Origin: the human T2T-CHM13v2.0 reference genome, Homo sapiens
NCBI RefSeq assembly: GCF_009914755.1
Contig: NC_060926.1
Length of the DNA stretch: 64,000 bases
Strand: one strand, 5' to 3'
The notes beneath the pieces were generated by a model, which saw only the letters and a list, made by a program, of their open reading frames with translations, searched no databases and had not been told where the DNA came from. The first letter of the stretch is position 1. Each line of letters opens with the position of its first letter. Both the position numbers and the translations under genes were made by a program. Shown piece by piece: positions 51,066-64,000 of this stretch.

Positions 51066-53949
51066 TTAAGGCCTTGTCCTAAAGAGCACAGGAGCAGGCT
51101 TTGAGGGGAACCTGCACATGCAGCCGAATGTCCTATCTGTTCATGCTTCTGACTTTGCCATGAAGGCCATTCTCCACCAAAGGTACCTCTGTGAACATGT
51201 GCCACCACATGAGAAGCATGTGCGGTCATTTACAGGCAACAGGCATGACAGAAAGATCAAAGGTCTCTGTGGAGAAGGGCGTGTCTCCTTAAGAATCCTG
51301 AACAGTGGGGCCTGTGCAATTACTGGTCCTTGAAACGCTTTTATCTGTGACTTTGAAGAGGGGCTGCCAAGTGATGTTAGCTTTCAAGGTTGCAGGTGAC
51401 ACTAAGCCCTGCAGGAGAGCGAGATTCCACGTTGCCACGGACAGATGGCCAACTGAGGAGGCTGGTGAGGCAGAGGGAAAGTCTGAAAGGAACACCGAGG
51501 CAAAGCACAAGACCACGTGTTTCCCACAGACCAGGTTCTCTGCTAAGCCCCAGCTAGAAAGGGTCAGAAAGACAATCTGTTCCCTAACGGGTCAGGTGGT
51601 TAATCTGCCCAGGGAGACCAGAGCACAATAAGGGTATCAGAACAAAGAGCAGAGCCAGGCGCACCCAGCCTCAGGAGCCCTGGCCATCACATCCCACGCA
51701 AGACACAATGGGAAAACAAGCCCACCACTAGATAATCATTTCCCACAGCTCAGATCCACACAGGTCGTTAACTGTGCTCATATCCAGGGTTCGGCAAGAT
51801 GCAAAGAAACTGACGCTCCCGTTCATGGCTCAGGGAATGCAAATTGAAACAATTTTACTGGAGAGAAATCTGGATTTATGTATCCATATTTTCTTTCTTT
51901 TCTTTCTTTCTTTCTCCTTCCTTCTTTCCTTCCTTCCTTCCTTCCTTCCTTCCTTTCTTTTCTTTCTTTCTTCTTTCTTTCTTTCTTCTTTCTTTCTTTA
52001 TTTCTATCTTTCCCTCCCTCCCTCTCTTCCTTCCTTTTCTTTTTTTTTTTTTTCAGATGGAGTCTTGCTCTGTTGCCCAGGATGGAGTGCAGTGACACGA
52101 TATTGGCTCACTGCAGCCTCTGCCTCCTGGGTTCAAGCGATTTTCCTGCCTGAGCCTCCCGAGTAGCTGGGACTACAGGTATCCACCACCAAGCCTGGCT
52201 AGTTTTTGTATTTTTAGCAGAGGCAGGGTTTTGTCATGTTGACCAGGCTGTTCTCAAACTCCTGACCTCAAGTGATCTGCCTGCCTCAACATCCCAAAGT
52301 GCTGGGATTACAGGCGTGAGCCATGTATCCATATTTTCAATGAGCCATATTTTCATATTTTCCATATTTTCATATTTCCATATTTTCAATGGATACATGA
52401 GCCATGTACCCATATTTTCAATGGCCCATTACCACAGGTATCCCAGTTTTAGAACCTGATCTTAAGAAAATAAAGATATATGTAGAAGGGTTTTTGTATT
52501 TATAAAAGAAAAATTGGGCTAGGTGCAATGGCTTATGCCTATAACCGCAACACTTTGGGAGGCTAAGGTGAGAGGATCACTTGAGGCCAGGTGTTTGAGA
52601 CCAGCCTGGGCAGCACAGGGAGACCCCATCTCTACAAAAAATAAAAATAAAAAAATTAGGTGGGCGTTGTAGTACACACCTGTGGTCCCAGGTACTTGGG
52701 AGGCTGAGGTGGGAGGATCGCTTGAGCCCCAGATTCAAGGCCACAGTGCACCATGATCATTCCACTGCACTCCAGCCTGGGTGACAGAGCAAGACCTCGT
52801 CTCTAAAAACAATAATAATAACAATAATAGTAATAATAATAATTAACTAATTAAAAAGAAAAAATGGAAACAAAATATCCACCACCTGGGGATTGGTTTA
52901 ATAAATCATGATGCTTACACTTGCCTGCCTATAAGCCCTAGGAAAGCAGGCAGCGAGTCTGTTTCACCGCTATACACCTAACACATAAGACGGTGTCCAG
53001 CACACAGTGGGCATTTCTTCAAAGAAAGAAGGCAGGACCAAGTGAACACAGAGGAAAGCAATGTTCCGTAACATTTTAAAGGAACGACACTGAGCTCCAG
53101 TACTAATGTGCAGAGTTACCTGCAGTATGTTGTTGAATAGAAAATACAGGTCACAACAGAGCATGATGGGTTTATACATGCATTTGTTTAAGCCTGGAAG
53201 AATGTACATGAAAATCAAACTCAAAGGGTTTGGAAAGGATACTTTGGAGGTATTAACAGTGTTTATTGACAGGTGAGTTAGATTGTGGGGTCTTCTCTGT
53301 TTATTCTTTTTGTCTACGTTTTCTGACTATTCTGTGATAAGCACATTTTGATCTTACAAGAAAAACAAGGCTGGGCACGGTGGCTCACACCTGTAATCCC
53401 AGCACTTTGGGAGGCCGAGGCGGGCAGATCACTTGAGCCCAGGAGTTCAAGACAAGCCTGGGCAATATGGCGAAACCCTGTCTCTACTAAAAATACAAAA
53501 ATTAGCTGGGCGTGGTGGCGTGTGCCTGTAGTCCCAGCTACTTGGGAGGTTGAGGTGGGAAGATCTCCTGAGCCCTGGGAGGTCGAGGCTGCAGTGAGTT
53601 GTGATCACACCACTGCACTCCAGCCTGGGTGACTAAGCGAGCCCCTGTTTCAAGAAGTAAAAGGAGAAAAAAGAAAAACAAAGCTATGTGAATTTGTAAA
53701 AACAATAATGTGGATGTAACTTCCTGACCCACAGACTCCTTGAGCATAATACAATGATTATTCTGAAGCTGCTAAATGTATGGGTATTCTCAGTAACAGT
53801 CACCAAAACAATGATATCTGACAGAGTATTCAGCCTTTGTAACTCATTGTTTCTAAATGCTGGATACTTTTCCATTCTAGAGCTACGCTACAATTTGTCC
53901 AACCAACCATTCACCTATGCTCATACATGTACGTTTCCGGATTTTATTC

Positions 53950-55170
53950 TTCACTGATTCAATAAATGTGTGTTAAGGATCCGCTATGTGCCAGGCAGGA
54001 GAGAGGGGCCAGGTGCTGGGAATCTCCGGTAAACAAAGCAGGCTTTGTTCTAAAACCCTATGTTCCAATGAAAGAGACAGACACTTAAGAAAGTAAACAA
54101 CCAAATAACTATATAATTACAAACTGTGATAAGTACCATGGAGGGAAACAAAACTTCTAAGAATCTCTAATATGGTGCCACATTGGAAAATTATCAGGAT
54201 TATGATAATAATAATAAGCATTGCAGGGAATGAAACAGGCAATTAGAAGCTCTAGGGAGAGAAAAATGCTGTATGAGGAAGGAAATATAATCAGAGTACA
54301 AATTTATCTTTGCAGTGAACAATATTTACATAGTCCTAATGATTTAACTAAATGCAAAATCACAGTTTTGGGATGATGGAAAGGAAGTGGTAAGATCAGT
54401 GAAAGACAGTAGATGTTTAAAATGGATAAATCAAAAACAGCAACAGTAACATGTTATTTAGAGAAACTGAGTTAAATACCCAGAGAAACCATGAAAAGTG
54501 GTTACTTCTGAGGACAAGGTCGGAGGTTGGGAAATAACTGAATGGTGAAACTGATGTTTCTCATTCATTCATTCAACACGTATTTACTGATCTCCTTTGG
54601 TGCCAGGTCCTGTTCTAGGCACTAGGGACACAGAAGTAAATAAAACAGCCAAAAAATGCAGTTTATATTTTAGAAGGGGAATTGAAAAATAAAATAAGTA
54701 AAATCCATACTGTGCTACATTGTGGTTGGGATGAAGCAAGAGAGAAGGTTGGGATGAAGGGGAGGGGTTTAGATAGATGGGCCGGAGATGGCATCACTGA
54801 GTAAGTGACATTTGAGTGAAGACACGAAAGAGGCAAAGAAGAGAGCCACGTGGATGTCTGGGAGAAGAGCATTCAGATACAAGGAGCAGCAAGTGCAAAG
54901 GCCTCTAGGTAGGAGTGGTCCTGCTGGGTTGGAGGAACAGTGAGGAGGCCTAGCTACACTGCAGTGGGCCAAGGGAGAGAGGCAGGAGATGAGGTTAGGG
55001 AAGTGACTGGCAGTCAGATCAGGGGAGGCCCTGTGGCCCATGCACCTTCTGGGAATAGTTGACTCTTTTCCCTGTATTTGCATTATACATGCATACATAT
55101 CTATAAATATGTGTGTATGTGTGTGTGCACACACACACACACATATATATAGATGACTTTGATTTAAATT

Positions 55171-55201
<31 letters not shown>

Positions 55202-55800
55202 TTTTTTGAGACAGAGTCTCACTCTGTCGCCCAGGCTGGAGTGCAGTGGCCTGATCTCGGCTCACTGTAACCTCCACCTTCCAGGTTGAAGCGATTCTCC
55301 TGTCTCAGCCTCCCGAGTAGCTGGGATTACAGGCATGCGCTACCACACGTGGCTAATTTTTTTGTATTTTTAGTAGAGACCGGGTTTTGCCACGTTGGCC
55401 AGTCTGTTTTCGAACTCCTGGCCTCAGGTGATCCGCCCACCTCGGCCTCCCAAAGTGCTGGGATTACAGGTGTGAGCCACTGCAACCGACATTAAAAATG
55501 TATTTTAAAGAAATAACTCGGCTATGGAGTAGATTAGCAGGAACAAGTCTGGAAGTGGGGACCCCCAGCAGAAGACTATGATGCAGTTCAAGTGAGTAAT
55601 GCTGGTGGCTTGGATAGGGTGTTGGCAGTGGAGATGGAAAAATTAACTGGTTTGAGATTTATTTGGGAGGTAGGATTGAGAGGTCTTATTGACGGCTGGA
55701 GGGGTCAGAAATGTTGTTGGTTTGAAGAATGGCCCCCAAGTGTCTGGCTTGAACAGCGTGTGCCATTTACCAATACAAAGGAGAGAAAGTGTTCAGACAT
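53950..55800. mobile_element. L2 fragments with intervening Alu and microsatellite
   Basis: cattcattcattcaacacgtatttactga...tgccagg, gagtaagtgacatttgagtgaagac motifs. Confidence 0.65.
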
Positions 55801-55869
55801 TGACATGTGAAGTGTGACAACCCCCTGGGACCCCTCAGGGAAAACTTCAAGAGGCCTAGCTGGAACTTC

Positions 55870-57190
<1,321 letters not shown>

Positions 57191-57589
57191 AAGGCAACTG
57201 GCTGTGAGAAGCTGGACCATTGACAGATCAGGCCTGGAGACTTGACCATGGGAGAGTCAGCGCGGAGGTGGCTTAAAACCAAGGGAGTGGAGAGTCACAC
57301 CATGACAGCAGCATAAGGTGAGAACTGGGAAAGCCTAGTGCCCAGGGAGACACTCACATTTAGAGTGTGGTGACAGAGGAGGAGCCAGGAAGAGACAAGA
57401 AATCAGGAGAGTGTGGAGGGCTGGGCATGGGGGCTCACGCCTGTAATCCCAGCACTTTGGGAGGCTGAGGCGGTGGATCACCTGAGGTCAGGAGTTCGAG
57501 ACCAGCCTGACCAACACCGTGAAACCCCATCCCTACTAAAAAAACAAAAAGTAGCTGGGTGTGGTGACATGCGCCTGTAATCCCAGCTA

Positions 57590-57700
<111 letters not shown>

Positions 57701-59058
57701 CTATCTCAAAAAAAAAAAAAAAAAAAAAAAAAAGAGCATGCGCCACAGGCTGCAGGAGTTTCTACAGGCAAGGCTGTTCCAAAACATGTTGCACTGAACA
57801 GTGCTCCTTGTGCATGAACCTTCATGCATTGCTAATAGGATCAATCCTAGAGGTGGAACTCCTGGGTCAAAGGGCAAGGGCACTTTGGATAGATCCTGCA
57901 AATTTTCACTCATCCACATTGCAACTGTTCTGGATTGTGAGTGAGAGGGCCAAGATGCCTGCCACGTGGAGAGAGGACCAGAGCCAGCTCAGCATCCCGG
58001 GAAAACAAGGCAAGGTGTGGATTGCCAGGCATGACCTGGCAGAGCTGATCAGCTGATGGGCACAGCATGTGGCCAGAGTAACTGAGAGACTTCAGCAGAA
58101 CCCAAGAAGACAAGGGATTCGTACCGTGGGAACAGAGCAGACTGCTCCGAGGGCCTGGGAAATGTTTGCTGAATTAACAAAGCAGCAAGAGAAACACAAT
58201 TGCAGGGAAAGAGTCTTCATTCCAGAATCCCAGGTGGCCACGATGCTGCTGTGTGACCCCAGGTGAGTCACCTCGCCAACCTTCAGACAGTTCGTCTGTC
58301 AAACTGAAGGTCCGTACAGCATTTCTGGCCAGGATCCTTTCCACTTTAGAACTCCATGGTTCCTGCTTGAAAATAGGAGTGAAACTTCCTTTTAACACCA
58401 ACTACCAAAATCAGGACAGTTTCTTTTTTGAAGTTTTGTTCCTATGGTGGTTTCTCCATTCTCTGCAAGGGGCCAAGAGGTCATGATTTTAAGCAAGCAT
58501 TGACCAAAACAGCTCAGTTCAATTTAGCAAGCATTTACGGAGTGTCCCAGGTGAAAGCCACCACCATCACCATCACCTCTTGCTGATTAGAACAGCTTCC
58601 TAGCCAGTTTCCCAGCCACTACCTTGCACCACTGCAGTTTATTCTCAACACAGCAAGCCACAGCCAGGCATGGTGGCTCACGCCTGTAATCCCAGCACTT
58701 TGGGAGGTCAAGGTGGGCAGATCACTTCAGGCCAGAAGTTCGAGAACAGCCTGGCCAACATGGCGAAACCCCGTCTCTACTAAAAATACAAAAATTAGTC
58801 ATGTGTGCTGGTGGGCACCTGTAGTCCCAGCTACTCAGGAGGCTGAGGCACGAGAATCACTTGATTCTGGCAGGCAGAGGTTACGGTGAGCCGAGATCAT
58901 GCCACCGCACTCCAGCCTGGGCAACAGAGTGAGACTCTGTGTCAAAAACACACACACAAAAAAAACACAGCAAATCACCCCAAGCAAAAGGCAAAGTCTA
59001 CGATGGCCTACAAGGATCTGCAGGATCTTGCACCTCAACAGGGTCTGCATTCCACCAT

Positions 59059-59059
<1 letters not shown>

Positions 59060-59102
<43 letters not shown>
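59060..59102. repeat. (CA)n microsatellite
   Basis: Direct reading, ~21 units. Confidence 0.95.
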
Positions 59103-59104
<2 letters not shown>

Positions 59105-59920
59105 CCTCCCACCCTCCTGCCTCTGGGCCTTTGCACAGCCTGACCCCTTGCTCCCTCGCCTCATTAAGGTCTCTGTTCAGAAGAAACCTCATCAGAGATT
59201 TCCCAGACCTCCTTATACAAAATAGCACCCCAGCTCATCACTCTCAATGTGCCTATCCTGCTTGGTTTTCTTCATAGCATTTATCACCAGCTTTACGTTA
59301 TATATTTATGTGTTTATGGCCTATTCCCCACCACTACCACACTGTGAGCTTCCTGAGAATAGAAACTGTTGCCTCCGCTAGTCCTGGAGCAGCATCCGTA
59401 GAGAACAAGCATTCCAGACATCTTTGGGGAGAATGAATGAACCCTCACACAAGCCCCAGCCATAGGAGTCAGTACCAGGTGCCTGCTGAGTGGATACAGC
59501 AATGAATAAATCTAGGTTCCTAAGTTAAGCTCTTGGCTTTTTTGCAGGGTTTGGCATCTCTCCAAACCTGAGCTTTCCTGTGTGAATCTAAGGGTTAGCA
59601 AGCCTGGGACACGCTCCAAGAGGGTAGGAACTGCCTTCTATTCACTGCTGATCCCAGAAAGAGCGCTCAGAAGGGCTCACTACTCAAGAACGAAGGTGTG
59701 GGCCCAGTGAGACAGACTGTATTCTTCACACAAGAGCAAGAGAGAGATGCTTCTGCCTCAGTCTAGGAAGCCGAGATTCGGTGAGGGAGAAATGGGGATT
59801 GAGTCTTGTCACCGTGAAGGTCCCCAGGTGGGAGGCTCTGTGACCTGTACCTAAAGCCCTGCATTATTTAAGACTTTAGAAGACTCGGTCTGGTGGTTAC
59901 AATCCCTGACAGTAGGGCAG

Positions 59921-59939
59921 CCCTGCCCTCTGGTGGCCA
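59921..59939 (-). promoter_or_regulatory. CTCF motif
   Basis: TGGCCACCAGAGGGCAGGG on the - strand is a close match to the CTCF core consensus, in non-repetitive sequence. Confidence 0.7.
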
Positions 59940-60178
59940 CCCGGTGCAGTACCATCACGGGAAACGGAATTTTTTTTCATTTTACAAGTTCCTTAATTCC
60001 CTTAAAGACATCCTGGGAGACATATAATACAGGAATACAAAGTAATCCCGTTACCTTGATACCCTTGCTGCCACGGGAGCTTTCACTCTTATGCCTATTT
60101 TAAACCTAGTTCACTGATCCAATGAAGTGTTTACCAAGCGTCTACTGTCTCAGGCAATGGCCGTGAACAAAACAATTA

Positions 60179-60472
<294 letters not shown>

Positions 60473-61639
60473 TCAAAAAAAAAAAAAAAAAAAGAAGAAG
60501 AAGAAGTTTTCAGCTTGCTTGTAACCCCAGCACTTTGGGAGGCCGAGGCGGGTGGATCACCTGAGGTCAGGAGTTCGAGACCAGCCTGACCAATCTGGTG
60601 AAACCTCATCTCTACTAAAAATACAAAAATTTGCCACTGCACTCCAGCCTGGGCAACAGAGCAAGACTCCATCTCAAAAAAACAAAACAAAACAAAACAA
60701 AACAATGAAGCTTTCAGCTTTCAGTCTCTTTATTGGCAGGAGTGAGGGAAGCTGGCTGAGAGGTCTGCCAGCCAGATGAGTTTTCACTGTCCCCAAGTCC
60801 AGGATGCCAGGAAGCCCCCAGGCCAGAAAACAGGGCATGCAACTTCCATTCCCAATACTGTGAATTTACTCAACAGCTGGGGAGACAGTGAGGAAGACAG
60901 GCAGGCCAGGTGCAGTGGGGCATGTCTGTAATCCCCAGCCCTTTGGGAGTGCCGAGGCAGGAGGATTACTCGAGACTAGCCTGGGCAACATAGTGAGACT
61001 CCCATCTCTACAAAAATGTTTTAAAAAATTAGTCAGGCATGTTGGTGCATGACTGCTACCAGCTACTCGGGAGGCTGGGGCAGGAGATCGCTTGAGCCCA
61101 GGAGGTCAAGGCTGCAGGGAACCATGATTGCGCCAATGCCCTGCAGCCTGGGCTACAAAGCGAGACCCTGTCAAAGAAAAAAAAAAAAGAAAGAAGAAGG
61201 AAGAAAGAGGAAAGAAGAAGAAGAGAAGGAAGGAGAGGAAGAGAAAGAAGGAAGGAGACAGGCAGAGTCCTGTGCCCTCTTGGAGTACAGGCTGTGGAGA
61301 GGCAGCATGGAACACGTGACCACAGGAATGATTGTCATCACATTGTTGTACAGGAGCCCCGGCTCAATCCCGGATCCACTTCCCTGAGGAAGTCTTCTTT
61401 ATGCTAAGAACTCAGGGGTTCAGAGGAGCCATCTGGCCCGGCAGTGAGAGAGCGCTGTGTGAGCACCTGGAGCACACAGAACAGAGGAGGAAGGGGAGAA
61501 GGGGAGCGGGCCAGACCTCACAGGACTTTGTCAGCCGGTTGGGAAGTGTGGGAGATCCTTGCAGGAACAGGAAGCCACTGAAGGGGCAGAGCACTTTTGA
61601 GCGCGACTGGCCTTTTAGAAAAGTCCCCTGTAACGACAC

Positions 61640-62802
<1,163 letters not shown>

Positions 62803-63340
62803 TCACTTGAGGTCAGGAGTTGGAAACCAGCCTGGCCACTATGGCAAAACTCCGTCTCTACTAAGAACACAAAAATTAGCCAGCCATGGTGGCGGGCACC
62901 TGTAACCCCAGCTACTCAGAAGGCTGAGGCAGGAGAATTACTTGAACTCAGGAGGTGGAGGTTGCAGTGAACCGAGATCATCGTGCCACTGCACTCCAGC
63001 CTGGGTGACAGAGCAAGACTCCATCTAAGAAAAGAAAAGAAAAAAGAAAAGAAAAAAGAAATCAATAAACCACAGATAAAGAACCCAGTAGAAAGAAGAA
63101 GCAAGAGAACACACAGCAGAAAAAGATTCATGCGTGTAAGAGATATGTCAAATGCTCCACTTCACTCACTCATAATTTTGTTTGTTTGTTTGTTTTGGAG
63201 TTTCACTCTGTCACCCAGGCTGGAGTGCAGTGGTGCAATCTCGGCTCACTGCAACCTCCGCCACCTGGGTTCAAGTGATTCTCCTGCCTCAGCCTCCTGA
63301 GTAGCTGGGATTACAGGCGCCCACCACCATGCCTGGCTAA

Positions 63341-63487
<147 letters not shown>

Positions 63488-64000
63488 TAAAAGACAAATG
63501 AAGGTAAGATACCATTTTTCACCTATCAGATGGGGAAGCATTTTTAAGAGTGAGGAGAAAGATTGGATTATTTATGGAAATGGAAATCAGCAGAGCCATC
63601 GTGAAAGGCAATTTGCACTAGCTATCAACATTTTAAGCGCGCATATCCAGAAGCCAGCAATTCCACATCTAAGGATTGATTTCACTGCAGCATTATCTGT
63701 AAGAGCAAAACACTGGGAAACAAGGACGGCAGTCCTCAGGCGTGTTAACACGAACAGAGCCCCAGCGGGTACTTTCAAGGGAAAAATACATGGTGCCAAA
63801 GTCTCATCATTTGATTTTTAAGGTTACATACATACACACCTATATAACGATACACATGCAATTACATATACACACACGTAGAAAATCATTTATATACTTT
63901 GAAAAAAATTGGAAGAGTTACAGAAGAAACAAGTTGCTCTGAGAAGCAGGCCTGGAGGTTGGGGATGAGGGCAAAGGGGAGTCTGTCTTTGACTTTCACC

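Overview
Human (primate) genomic DNA recognisable as the EFR3B-POMC locus (2p23.3); not a microbial or accessory region. The + strand carries the last eight coding exons of EFR3B (1511-16793, 243 C-terminal aa, splice phases consistent) and a ~4.8 kb 3' UTR ending near 21590. About 1.7 kb downstream, on the - strand, lies the complete POMC gene: TATA at 31059-31065, non-coding exon 1, an optional 50-bp exon, exon 2 with ATG and exon 3, giving a 267-aa ORF with gamma-MSH, ACTH/alpha-MSH, beta-MSH and beta-endorphin. Upstream of POMC are its pituitary promoter elements, a palindromic T-box (Tpit) enhancer candidate at ~-6.2 kb and the neuronal enhancers nPE2 (~-8.9 kb) and nPE1 (~-10.4 kb). The rest (42-64 kb) is intergenic, with Alu, L1, L2 and LTR repeats and one strong CTCF motif; the whole window holds roughly 55 Alus. 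Almost all ORFs in the supplied track are Alu, low-complexity or antisense artefacts. I found no convincing new gene or foreign insertion. The most interesting unexplained signals are regulatory or structural: a (GGAA)14 microsatellite beside the pituitary enhancer, extra CTAAT sites between nPE2 and nPE1, a 22-bp exact in-frame repeat inside POMC, a possibly homogenised inverted Alu pair inside a possible retrocopied 3' UTR, and template-switch scars.
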